Assembly (NCBI GenBank): GCA_016929235.1
Contig: JAFGJD010000007.1
Coordinates: 1-48,777, forward strand
DNA length: 48,777 nt
Direction: 5' to 3'
Source: Candidatus Babeliales bacterium
GTDB taxonomy: Bacteria; Babelota; Babeliae; Babelales; JABCYS01
Positions 8,224 to 17,337 of this stretch are shown in pieces; within the stretch, counting starts at the first letter, position 1; each line of letters starts with the position of its first letter. The position numbers were made by a program, and so were the translations under genes. The notes below the pieces were generated by a model. That model did not search any database and was not told where the DNA came from. It worked only from the letters and a program-made list of their open reading frames with translations.

Positions 8224-9645
8224 TCAACGTGAAGTTTCGGCCTTTGGAGCAGCAGATCGGAACCATGAGATCACCCATGTCCAGGAGCGCGATGCGGTAT
8301 CGCTGATCCACGATCCAGTAGAGCTAAATACTCCCTTGATTGAAGCAAACCAGCCCTTCTTTAATTCTTCAGGCTTAGTCTCTTTCTGGACAGAGCCAGC
8401 CTGCACTTGTTCAACCGAGTTTGGATCAATTTTCTTTTGAATCGCTACGCCACTTTCTTTGAGTGAATTAATACTGGACCGGATTGTATCCATATGACTA
8501 TTAATCTTACTAATCGATGATGAAAAATATTGATTATATGGACCAGTAATATACTGATAAATCGCTTGTATATTCTTCAATAATGCATCCATGTAAAGAT
8601 AGTGCTCTTTTGCCTTTTGGTCATCAAGCTCCTGACCAATTGCCTTGAATTTATCCCATGCCTGCCCTTCATAATCATGACACAGATTTATCTGCTTCAT
8701 GAGTTCCAGCAGTGCAGCATCAAGAGCTTCATCTAATTCACTAATCGATTTAAGGTCTAAGCGTAATTGTTGAATTTCTTGTTTTTTTTCTGCAAGCGTT
8801 GCTTTGATTTCACGTTCCGCCTGATCAAGATCCCCTTGCACAAGACGATCCATTTCAATCTGTTTGATAAGTTCATCAATAATCTCTTCAAGCTCACCTT
8901 GAGCAAATCCTATATCAATGAAAAAAAGATTCGATGTCTTATCGATTGCATTACGCTGCGTAAAGAAACTCATACGTGCATCAATGACACGATCCATCAA
9001 ATCCTTAATCTCTTCATACTTATCTTGGGCATCTTCCCAGATCACACGTTTTTGTAACCAGTTCCCACTTGAATCAATATCAAGAGTATCAATTCCCTCT
9101 CCATAATCGACTGGTTCTGGTGGCGTTACAGGAAGCTCTTCAGCTTCTTTATCTTCTACAACTGGTTGCGCAGACGGCATAGTCGATTCCTTAGGTTGAG
9201 GGAGCTCCACCGGCCCTAGATCTTCAAATTCAACCGGCTTTGCAAGATCCACTTCAGGGCTCGCGATAGGCTGTTCCGGTTGTGATGAAGAAAGCGGCTC
9301 TTCTTGCTCAGATGATGGCTCCTCTTCCGATGCAGACTGGTTCAAGGGTATAATATCTTCGGGCTCTTCTTGCGTCGACATATCCTCCGCGGTATCTTCA
9401 TCTTGCGTCATATCCGCTGCGTCTGCACTCTCTGTATCGGTAGCATTGGCCGTTGGCGGAGCCGTTTCTTCGTCCTCTTCTTCGTAGTCCATCTCAGACT
9501 CTGAAAAAGCCGATTCATCAGTATCATTTTCTTCGATAGCATCTGCTGCTAAATCCGTTGCCCCCGTATCGGTTGCATCTTCCTGGGCACATATACATAT
9601 CGTACACCCCATACCAATCATGAGAAACAACTGCCATAACTTCAT
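8224..9645 (-). CDS. Secreted hypothetical protein: acidic disordered N-half, coiled coil, Trp-rich amphipathic C-terminus
   Basis: 473-aa ORF with signal peptide, D/E/P-rich first ~185 aa, helical core and KKGWFASIKGVF..SWTWVISWF tail. Confidence 0.8.
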   Translation of the reverse strand: MKLWQLFLMIGMGCTICICAQEDATDTGATDLAADAIEENDTDESAFSESEMDYEEEDEETAPPTANATDTESADAADMTQDEDTAEDMSTQEEPEDIIPLNQSASEEEPSSEQEEPLSSSQPEQPIASPEVDLAKPVEFEDLGPVELPQPKESTMPSAQPVVEDKEAEELPVTPPEPVDYGEGIDTLDIDSSGNWLQKRVIWEDAQDKYEEIKDLMDRVIDARMSFFTQRNAIDKTSNLFFIDIGFAQGELEEIIDELIKQIEMDRLVQGDLDQAEREIKATLAEKKQEIQQLRLDLKSISELDEALDAALLELMKQINLCHDYEGQAWDKFKAIGQELDDQKAKEHYLYMDALLKNIQAIYQYITGPYNQYFSSSISKINSHMDTIRSSINSLKESGVAIQKKIDPNSVEQVQAGSVQKETKPEELKKGWFASIKGVFSSTGSWISDTASRSWTWVISWFRSAAPKAETSR

Positions 9646-9701
9646 AACATCAACCTTTTTTATGAAAAGAAAGATAATTCAGGCTGGAGTATAACGTAAC
9701 T

Positions 9702-10163
9702 TTATAACGTTTTGGAGAGTTCTCGTAATTCGTCTAAAAGTGCAACCGAAAGCTCTTCAGCTTCTGGCGATGTATAATTCCAACGAACCCCGCTATCGAC
9801 ACGGCTCAATACCGAACGGTCACTCTTGATATCGATAATATCGACACGAACCACATTCATGAGTGGGTGCACAGACGATGGTGCACGCACGACACCTGCA
9901 CGACCCAAGACACTGTAGGCAACGTTATTTTCATCAAGAAAACACAACATTACCTTTTTCTGCCAAACCATATTACGGTACCCTGTGTGATCCTTATGAA
10001 TTGACATCAAGATACTTTCAAGCCCCTTGGGATAAAGGCATTGAATCGGCGTTGTATGGGGAAGGCCTTTTTCTGAAAAAGTCGCCAAAACCGCGACTGT
10101 CTTACCGGTTTTCAAAATAGCTATGAGATCATCAGGAAGCTTTACACCAACATGTTTCGCCAT
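9702..10163 (-). CDS. Pyridoxamine 5'-phosphate oxidase-like (FMN-binding split barrel) protein
   Basis: AVLATFSEKGLPHTTPI, TGYRNM..KKVML pattern; probable start MAKH. Confidence 0.65.
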   Translation of the reverse strand: MAKHVGVKLPDDLIAILKTGKTVAVLATFSEKGLPHTTPIQCLYPKGLESILMSIHKDHTGYRNMVWQKKVMLCFLDENNVAYSVLGRAGVVRAPSSVHPLMNVVRVDIIDIKSDRSVLSRVDSGVRWNYTSPEAEELSVALLDELRELSKTL

Positions 10164-10261
10164 TATGATCAACCTTTCATTTAAACATGCTCATTAAAAA
10201 TGCCGCAACTTAAAGGGATAGAGTCTTATTTAGTGTACCAGATGTGTCAAGTATATACTCG

Positions 10262-10771
10262 CTATATGGTCTCCCCAGAGGCCTTATCTGCAAGAATCCA
10301 CTGCCGAACCACATTAACGTCTTGCGCATACTGCTCCGCACTACCGCTCTCGCCAGAAAATTTCAACGTACCAACACGCTGCAGCAACTCGCTAAGCTGG
10401 GCACTAGAGGTATTTTCTCTACCCAATTCCGCAAGCACCGCCTCCAGCTCTCGATCGCCAACGCTCATAACGTCAAGCTGATGCTGTTTATGAACATACT
10501 CACGCAAAACATTCGTAAGCATCACATACAAGTCATTAACCTCACCGTTATTCGTAACGAGAACATGTAACTGAGCAAGCGCCTCGTCACGGGGTACAGC
10601 ATATGCAACCCGTCGACGAAATCGCAAGAGATACCGCACAACAGGAATAATAAGTAGACATGACACGAAGACAATAATTCCGAAAAACCACCATGTTTTC
10701 CAAAATGGAACGAACCAATAACCATAGTTGTCATATAACTCAGTCGAACTCAAACATAGATCTTCAGCCAT
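10262..10771 (-). CDS. Single-pass membrane protein of the type found next to DUF58 in MoxR/VWA (Bat-like) loci
   Basis: N-terminal TM, PRDEALAQL, LREYV, LKFSG motifs; 8 bp downstream of the DUF58 gene. Confidence 0.6.
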   Translation of the reverse strand: MAEDLCLSSTELYDNYGYWFVPFWKTWWFFGIIVFVSCLLIIPVVRYLLRFRRRVAYAVPRDEALAQLHVLVTNNGEVNDLYVMLTNVLREYVHKQHQLDVMSVGDRELEAVLAELGRENTSSAQLSELLQRVGTLKFSGESGSAEQYAQDVNVVRQWILADKASGETI

Positions 10772-10779
10772 ATATATCC

Positions 10780-11634
10780 CTAGTACTGTAAGCGTCGTTT
10801 AAAAAACGTCACCATATCGCTGATCTTCCATGCCCCTGGTTCTAGATCAAGCACATCAACTCCATTCCTTTTAAAGACCTTGTTCTGCTCAATCATACGC
10901 TCCCGCAAAAATTTATTCACATGACGTACATCAACACAACATTCTTCTTGGGTTTCTGGATCAAACATTGTTATGAATCCCATTTCAGGAAGTTTCTTCA
11001 TGCGGACATCACAACAACGAAGAGCAATAATTTCATGCACATGGCATGCCAATGACAACGATCGCGAAAATTGTTCATCAACAAAATCTGAAAGGGCAAT
11101 TAAAAGTGCATTTTTTTGTTTGCACTCAAGAATGTAATTGAACGCCAATGAAATGCTTGTGCGAGCATGCGTTGGTTGAATCGTAAAAAGTTCCTTCATA
11201 ACTCTATGAATATGCGCGCGCCCGCGAGCAGGCGGAATAAATCGATCAACCTCATTAGAAAAAATCAAAAGCCCAACAGAATCTTTACCATAGTCAGCCA
11301 CTAAAGCCAATATTGCAGCAAGTTCCACCACCGCATCATGAGTTAATTGTTCACGTGAACTGAAAAACATCGACTGCGAACGATCCACCATCAGAATGAT
11401 TGATCGGTTCCTTTCTTCAATGTACTCCCGTACCTGCAAGCGCTGCATACGTGCGGTGCTTTTCCAATCAATAAAGCGAACATCATCATTGGGGACATAA
11501 TCTCGAATTTGCTCGAACTCAAAACCGGATCCCTTATGCGCTGTACTTACATCGCCAACATACATCCCACTCAACAACCGCCGCGTAGTAATTTCGATTT
11601 GACGAATTTTTTTTAGTACTTCAGGAGCAAGCAT
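10780..11634 (-). CDS. DUF58 / VWA-domain protein (MoxR-associated)
   Basis: GSGFEFEQIRDYVPNDDVRFIDWKSTAR, EER, DRSQSM MIDAS-like, SDF. Confidence 0.92.
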   Translation of the reverse strand: MLAPEVLKKIRQIEITTRRLLSGMYVGDVSTAHKGSGFEFEQIRDYVPNDDVRFIDWKSTARMQRLQVREYIEERNRSIILMVDRSQSMFFSSREQLTHDAVVELAAILALVADYGKDSVGLLIFSNEVDRFIPPARGRAHIHRVMKELFTIQPTHARTSISLAFNYILECKQKNALLIALSDFVDEQFSRSLSLACHVHEIIALRCCDVRMKKLPEMGFITMFDPETQEECCVDVRHVNKFLRERMIEQNKVFKRNGVDVLDLEPGAWKISDMVTFFKRRLQY

Positions 11635-11642
11635 CGTCTTTC

Positions 11643-12878
11643 CTAAAACAAACCTTCCCGTTTAAGAACGTCAGGGATCACAATAGTACCATCTTTTTGC
11701 TGATAGGTTTCTATAAGCGCAACCATCAATCGCGACAACGCCAAGGATGATCCATTCAGTGTATGGACAAGCTGCGGCTTAGCGCCCTCTTTTTCACGAT
11801 ATCGAATACTACCTCGCCGCGCCTGGAAATCAGTACAATTACTACAAGAAGATACTTCAAAATACGCATTTTGCCCTGGCATCCATACTTCAATGTCGAA
11901 TGTTTTTGCCGATGGGAATGAACAATCTTGCGTTGCTAGTAAACTCACACGATAGTGAAGCCCAAGCGCTTGCAAGATTTCTTCTGCGCATGTAAGCATG
12001 CGTTCTAGCTCTTGGCTACTATCTTCGGGTTTCGTAAATGCAAAAAGCTCAACTTTCTCAAATTGATGGACTCGAATAAGACCGCGCTCCGTTGCTCCAT
12101 ACCCCCCTGCTTCACGGCGAAAACAGCTCGTCCACGCACACAGTCTTTCTGGAAGTTGTTCAGAATGAAATATGTTTTTTCTGTACATATTAAGAAGACT
12201 TACTTCTGCCGTAGGAATCAAGTACAGATCTTCATCTTTTACCGCATAAACTTGATCTTTAAACTTGGGAAAATTACTTGCAACAAACAACGACTCTTCA
12301 TTTACAAGTGCTGGCGGCAACACGGGACTATACCCATGCCTCATATTATGCTTCAGCATAAACATGGTTAGAGCATATACCAACTTGACAGCATCACCTT
12401 TGTAGAGAGGGAACTGACTTCCCGTCGTCACTGCTGCAGTTTCGAAATCAATCCATTGAGCTGCAACTGCAAGATCAAGATGGTGCTTTGGTGTAAATGA
12501 AAATGATGGCTGCTTACCCCACTCTCTGACTACCTGATTTTTATCTGGTCCCCCAACTGGTAAAGTTGTCTCTGGAATATTTGGACAGGAAAGATAGAGA
12601 TCTGAAAACTCCGCACTTACCTGCTGAAATTCTTGTTCGGCCTGCTTTAATTTTTTACCAACCTCCGCAGACTGGTCACGCAACGCCTGTGTGACACCAG
12701 ACTTCCCCTTATCGGCGAGGTCATTCCGCTGTTTCCGCAACGCCTCGATCCTCTGCTGCAACTCCCGGACAACAACATCAAGCTCAACAAGCCGTTCAGC
12801 GTTAAAGGATGGATCCTTTAATTTGAGCTTTTTGATAGTTTCTTCTGGTTGTTCACGTAGCAAATGACGATCGATCAT
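11643..12878 (-). CDS. serS: Serine--tRNA ligase
   Basis: LIPTAEV, FRREAG, GLIRVHQFEKVE, EVSSCSNCTDFQARR, HTLNGS. Confidence 0.98.
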   Translation of the reverse strand: MIDRHLLREQPEETIKKLKLKDPSFNAERLVELDVVVRELQQRIEALRKQRNDLADKGKSGVTQALRDQSAEVGKKLKQAEQEFQQVSAEFSDLYLSCPNIPETTLPVGGPDKNQVVREWGKQPSFSFTPKHHLDLAVAAQWIDFETAAVTTGSQFPLYKGDAVKLVYALTMFMLKHNMRHGYSPVLPPALVNEESLFVASNFPKFKDQVYAVKDEDLYLIPTAEVSLLNMYRKNIFHSEQLPERLCAWTSCFRREAGGYGATERGLIRVHQFEKVELFAFTKPEDSSQELERMLTCAEEILQALGLHYRVSLLATQDCSFPSAKTFDIEVWMPGQNAYFEVSSCSNCTDFQARRGSIRYREKEGAKPQLVHTLNGSSLALSRLMVALIETYQQKDGTIVIPDVLKREGLF

Positions 12879-12921
12879 GCTTTATTCCTTTATATGCATT
12901 TCCCCTTACACAATTTGGCTT

Positions 12922-12950
12922 ACTATAGCTAAAAACCCAGAACGCTTCAA
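12922..12950 (-). promoter_or_regulatory. Putative sigma70 promoter of serS
   Basis: TTGAAG-17 nt-TATAGT on the minus strand. Confidence 0.5.
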
Positions 12951-12981
12951 ATAAAGAAAGGCCGTGGAAAACGGCCTTTCT
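12951..12981 (-). terminator. Terminator hairpin downstream of the HU gene
   Basis: Perfect 11-bp inverted repeat AGAAAGGCCGT-5 nt-ACGGCCTTTCT followed by TTAT. Confidence 0.75.
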
Positions 12982-13031
12982 GTGTAGATCAAGTTTTTCA
13001 GGTTCGGGTGTATTCCTACCCCTCCCTTTAC

Positions 13032-13313
13032 TTAACCGATGGTACGTACGAGCTCTTTCAAGCCTTTGCCCGGCTTAAATCGAGGAACGTTAATTTCAGG
13101 AAGCTCAATACGCTCCTTAGTTGAAGGGTTAATACCCTTACGCGCAGGCCGACGAGATACCCAGAAAGTTCCGAACCCGGTCATAGAAAGTTTTGATCCC
13201 TTTTGTAGAGTCCTTTTCACAATACGTTCAAAAGCAGCAAGTACACGAGCAACGTCTTTTTTGCTGAACGTAGTTTCTTCACTAAGAGCGTTGATTAGTT
13301 CACTCTTGTTCAT
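13032..13313 (-). CDS. hup: HU family DNA-binding protein
   Basis: MNKSELI..., GFGTF, ARKGINPST, PRFKPGKGLK; start at ATG 13313 after AGGAG. Confidence 0.95.
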   Translation of the reverse strand: MNKSELINALSEETTFSKKDVARVLAAFERIVKRTLQKGSKLSMTGFGTFWVSRRPARKGINPSTKERIELPEINVPRFKPGKGLKELVRTIG

Positions 13314-13388
13314 ATGTGAGCTCCTTGAGAGTATGGTTAAATAAACATAACACTGCCATGCTATGTACACTTCACATTAGCGTAGCTT

Positions 13389-13416
13389 ACTGTAGTTGCA
13401 TTTCTGCCTTTGTCAA
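13389..13416 (-). promoter_or_regulatory. Putative sigma70 promoter of hup
   Basis: TTGACA-16 nt-TACAGT on the minus strand. Confidence 0.5.
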
Positions 13417-13557
13417 ATATATCCTATTCCAAAAGGTTTTATTACCATCGGAGCAAAATGCACAATGCACATGATGCGTTTTTCGATAATGCGCAACACA
13501 AAGTGGTCGGCAACAAGAAGAAATGTTTTAAATGCACACTTATAATGAAGGAATATT

Positions 13558-14361
13558 ATGTTTATCGACACGCATTGCCATATTAATATGATGGTAAAAA
13601 AAGAATTTGATGCTCCATTAACACAAAAAAATGTTGATCTGGCTTCATCTGTCGTCCAGGATGCTCATCATAAACACGTTATGAAGATCATTAATATTGG
13701 CACAAGCGTGCCTGAAAGCAAAAATTGTATTCTTTTGGCGAACACCTTTCCAAGCGTATATGCGACTGTTGCGCTTCATCCCAATGATTGCACAACACGC
13801 TGGATGGAGGATTTCAATATTCTTAGAAAGATGGTAGCTCAAAAAGAAAAAAACCAGATCGTCGCTATCGGAGAATGTGGCCTTGATTACCATTATCACG
13901 ACCATGATAAACAACGACAGCACTATGCCTTTCATGCCCATATTGAATTAGCCCTAGAGCACCAATTACCGGTTGTTATTCATACCCGTGATGCTATAGA
14001 AGAAACGCTCAAGATTCTTGAACAATACACTCCTGATATACGAGGTGTCGTTCATTGCTTTTCAGAGGATCTTGCCATTGCACGAGAAATTATTGCATGG
14101 GGCCTCTATATCGGCATCGGAGGTGCCGTAACGTATCCTAAAAATGAAATACTGCAAACAGTTGCTCGTGAGATTCCTCTACAAAAGATCCTTCTGGAAA
14201 CAGATGCGCCATTTCTCCCGCCCCAACAATATCGTGGCAAACAAAATCATCCAAAATATATCCCCCTGATCGGAGACTTCATCGCACAGCTGCGTCGCAT
14301 TTCTTCTGAAGAAATTGCTCAAGTCACCACCTGCCAAGCAGAACAACTTTTTAAAATATAA
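13558..14361 (+). CDS. tatD: TatD family deoxyribonuclease
   Basis: IDTHCH, HP, AIGECGLDY, IHTRDA, VHCFS, LLETDAPFLPP. Confidence 0.95.
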   Translation: MFIDTHCHINMMVKKEFDAPLTQKNVDLASSVVQDAHHKHVMKIINIGTSVPESKNCILLANTFPSVYATVALHPNDCTTRWMEDFNILRKMVAQKEKNQIVAIGECGLDYHYHDHDKQRQHYAFHAHIELALEHQLPVVIHTRDAIEETLKILEQYTPDIRGVVHCFSEDLAIAREIIAWGLYIGIGGAVTYPKNEILQTVAREIPLQKILLETDAPFLPPQQYRGKQNHPKYIPLIGDFIAQLRRISSEEIAQVTTCQAEQLFKI

Positions 14362-14364
14362 GGG

Positions 14365-14826
14365 CTATAAACGTTTTATAGTACGTGCAACACCAAAATC
14401 AAGGAGTAAATGGGATAAAGCACCTATACCAAAAAATAATACCGACCACTGAGCAGGAACAACATATTGCGGAAAGGTTGTTCTGATATACAACCATGGA
14501 ACAATGCAACAAAGGAGAATAAACCACGCTCTGTGAAAGATCCCTCTATGTCGAACAAAAAACGGAACTACTGACACCATACTCAGGGCTATGAAGAACT
14601 GATATTTTCCTGCCAGTAAAAAATAAATCAAGCCTGTGCTTACCGCATAATAAAAGATCTTGCGCCCTTTACTATGTGTATCAATGTCTGGAAAAAGAGA
14701 TCCGAATAAACACCATCCAAGCCATTCCATACAGGTAATCCCTGTCGGATGAACATCACGGACGCCATACAACAAAAGTCCCCAGGCAACTACACCTCCA
14801 AGAAGGTGGCCTTTATAATTAGGCAT
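14365..14826 (-). CDS. Inner-membrane metal-dependent hydrolase (YdjM-like)
   Basis: N-terminal GH, GSLFPDID, HRGIFH, SHLLLD. Confidence 0.85.
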   Translation of the reverse strand: MPNYKGHLLGGVVAWGLLLYGVRDVHPTGITCMEWLGWCLFGSLFPDIDTHSKGRKIFYYAVSTGLIYFLLAGKYQFFIALSMVSVVPFFVRHRGIFHRAWFILLCCIVPWLYIRTTFPQYVVPAQWSVLFFGIGALSHLLLDFGVARTIKRL

Positions 14827-15967
14827 GAGAAATTTCCGCTGCTCTCAGTTTCATAATGGTTGTCTCTGGATAGTAATAGTTGAGAATACGTTCATACGGC
14901 CAACAATCTTTAACCAACTGCCGTGCTCCCCATTGGCATAAGCCCATGTGGTGACCAAATCCCTTACCGTGCATCGTGATCTTACGCTCGGTTTGCTTCA
15001 TAGTAAAACAAGCACTTTTCATATTTTCTGACAATGAAAGCAATTTGGATCCAGAAATATAGTGGTATCCACTGTTCGCTTTGATAAGAACACTCTTTAC
15101 TACACCCGCACTATCTTTTTTATGTATCTGTACCGACTTAATACCACGAAGTCGAGGGATTTCTTTTCTAAGCAGCACCTCAAATTCTTGCAGCGTATAT
15201 GATGTTGACCATTGATAGGATTTACATGACATGCAATGCGTACATGCATACGATCGTTTAAGATAGGGAGCATGCTGGAAGTTCATGCCCGATTTTTTTG
15301 CAGGAATAACTCCCCCGCAACAAATATCAAACATTGCTAATATTGGCTTTTCTTCGTATGCAAGAAATAAACCTTCTGTTTCTTTAACTGCCTTACGTAA
15401 AATTTCACGATTATGATAGCCACGGTACGTTTGATGCTTATTCGTACTCTTGATATGGTAAGGTTTCTTTCTTTTTTGCGCAGACATAATTTTTGCAATG
15501 GCATAGCTACGACACGTAATCGCAATAATCTTATTCATCTCTAGCGGCCATCCGGGAAAACTTTCAGCACGCAACACTGAATACAGATAATCTTCAAGAT
15601 CCAATTGATTAATCAAGAGAGCTTGGTTGTCATACCAAATCGTATATAAAGTTCCCTGATAATAACGATCATCATAAAAGCAGTTCCCCTCTACCGGTTC
15701 TATTTTCACAATAGATATGCCTCGCACACAACGACCATTTTCGTCGTAAACAATCAATCCATGGATATCGTGTCCAATGGCAACTTGCTGGCACTGAGAA
15801 CAGCGTGATGGGTCTTGTGGATTCGAGACATATACACCACGATCACCAGATATAATCCAATGTTTACCTGAATCTGATTCTTCATCGAGCAATACTCGTA
15901 TTGTAAAATCTTGCGCCACGATTTGAAAAATAGCACAACAAACAAACCACTTACCACGCCACATCAT
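14819..15967 (-). CDS. SpoIID/LytB domain peptidoglycan lytic transglycosylase
   Basis: LINQLDLEDYLYSVLRAE, CRSYA, HQTYRG, GKGFGHHMGLCQWGA, ILNYYYP. Confidence 0.9.
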   Translation of the reverse strand: MMWRGKWFVCCAIFQIVAQDFTIRVLLDEESDSGKHWIISGDRGVYVSNPQDPSRCSQCQQVAIGHDIHGLIVYDENGRCVRGISIVKIEPVEGNCFYDDRYYQGTLYTIWYDNQALLINQLDLEDYLYSVLRAESFPGWPLEMNKIIAITCRSYAIAKIMSAQKRKKPYHIKSTNKHQTYRGYHNREILRKAVKETEGLFLAYEEKPILAMFDICCGGVIPAKKSGMNFQHAPYLKRSYACTHCMSCKSYQWSTSYTLQEFEVLLRKEIPRLRGIKSVQIHKKDSAGVVKSVLIKANSGYHYISGSKLLSLSENMKSACFTMKQTERKITMHGKGFGHHMGLCQWGARQLVKDCWPYERILNYYYPETTIMKLRAAEISHA

Positions 15968-16454
15968 AACTTCGCAACATCGCTATAAACGCTTCTGAAA
16001 CTACAACCTTTTTATCAATTCCCTGATTTGCCAAAGCATCCGCTTGGGTATTTTTGTCGCGCATAATATGTTCTATGCCATAGGAAAATATGCTCAGCAG
16101 AGAAAATGCAGCTCGTTGAAGACGATGAAGTTCAGGGTGCTTCACTTTATATGTCCCCTGCATCTGACGGACAAGAAGTTCAGAATCGGATTTAATACAG
16201 ACTTCATCACCTGGAAGCGCATGTTGTTTGAGATAAAAAATACCAAGTAATAAAGCCAAATATTCTGCTTGATTGTTAGTTCTAATACCGAGAAAATGTC
16301 CTTCTTGCACGATAGGTTTTGTTCCTTGACTCAAATATACACCTGCACCCGCTGGGCCCGGATTATTACGAGCCGCTCCATCAATAAACAAGACAAATTT
16401 CGGCTGAAGAGAACATGACGTACGGTCTGATTTAAAAAGAGACATCTGCTTCAT
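15951..16454 (-). CDS. rnhA: Ribonuclease HI
   Basis: FIDGAARNNPGPAGAG, TNNQAEY, DSELLVRQM, NTQADALAN. Confidence 0.93.
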   Translation of the reverse strand: MKQMSLFKSDRTSCSLQPKFVLFIDGAARNNPGPAGAGVYLSQGTKPIVQEGHFLGIRTNNQAEYLALLLGIFYLKQHALPGDEVCIKSDSELLVRQMQGTYKVKHPELHRLQRAAFSLLSIFSYGIEHIMRDKNTQADALANQGIDKKVVVSEAFIAMLRSYDVAW

Positions 16455-16460
16455 GAAATC

Positions 16461-17177
16461 TTACTCTGCACCCACTAACACCGGATCATACAATAATCTG
16501 AAACATCCCTTGCACTGCAAGAGTGCACGACGTCTCAAGGCTAACAGATCCTGAGCGGGAAGCATAGTAAAACATGCGCTGCAACTATCATAGCTTACTG
16601 GAACAACTGGATCCGATACTGTGGTTTTCATACGAGCGTATTTTTCTAACCATTCTTCGGGAAGATCCTTGAGATATTTCTGCCGATCAACTTCGTGAGC
16701 TGCTATCGTTTCTTTCAAGGATGAAATCTCATCGCGGACAGTATGCAATTCTCGTTGTAGGGCCTCAAGGGCCTGTTCGTATGTTTCCTGAGAATCACGA
16801 TATGTTCTGTCCGCCAGATCAAGTCTCTTCCATGATGAGATCAATATATCTTCGAATGAGTTTTGTTTTTCTTTTAATGTTTGCATTTCTTGTTTCATAG
16901 CCCGATACGCACGCTGATCTTGAACGTTGCCCAATTTTTTGCGAACAGCCTGTTCTTCCGTATCGAGAGCACGCATTTCCAATTCTTTTGTGTCAACATC
17001 CTGTTTCAGCTGCTTTAATTCTCTAGCTGCCGCGGCCCGAGAAGCGCTATGGTCAGCAATTCGCTGTTCAAGCTTTTTAGCATGTTCTGCCAGTTTTTGA
17101 CAATTCTGAGAATACTGAAAGGTTTTTTGATCGTAGTTGATTAGGTCGATGAATCGCTTAAAGGGGGAATCTTCCAT
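16461..17177 (-). CDS. Coiled-coil protein with C-terminal C4 zinc ribbon (DUF164/CdsZ-like)
   Basis: Long coiled coil followed by CSAC...CKGCFRLL. Confidence 0.88.
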   Translation of the reverse strand: MEDSPFKRFIDLINYDQKTFQYSQNCQKLAEHAKKLEQRIADHSASRAAAARELKQLKQDVDTKELEMRALDTEEQAVRKKLGNVQDQRAYRAMKQEMQTLKEKQNSFEDILISSWKRLDLADRTYRDSQETYEQALEALQRELHTVRDEISSLKETIAAHEVDRQKYLKDLPEEWLEKYARMKTTVSDPVVPVSYDSCSACFTMLPAQDLLALRRRALLQCKGCFRLLYDPVLVGAE

Positions 17178-17197
17178 GAAGAACCTCTCTGGCAGCT

Positions 17198-17273
17198 TGG
17201 TGGGCCCACCAGGATTTGAACCTGGGACCTCTCGGTTATGAGCCGATTGCTCTGACCGCTGAGCTATGGGCCC
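17198..17273 (-). tRNA. tRNA with CAU anticodon, probably tRNA-Ile2 (lysidine-modified)
   Basis: GGGCCCATAGCTCAG...CTCATAA...GGTTCAAATCC..TGGGCCCACCA; Ile2-type acceptor stem. Confidence 0.85.
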
Positions 17274-17337
17274 GTTGTTTAGACGAGAACCAGTTATTCG
17301 AAAGAGTAAAGTAAAAAAGGCTCTGCGTAAAGTTAGA

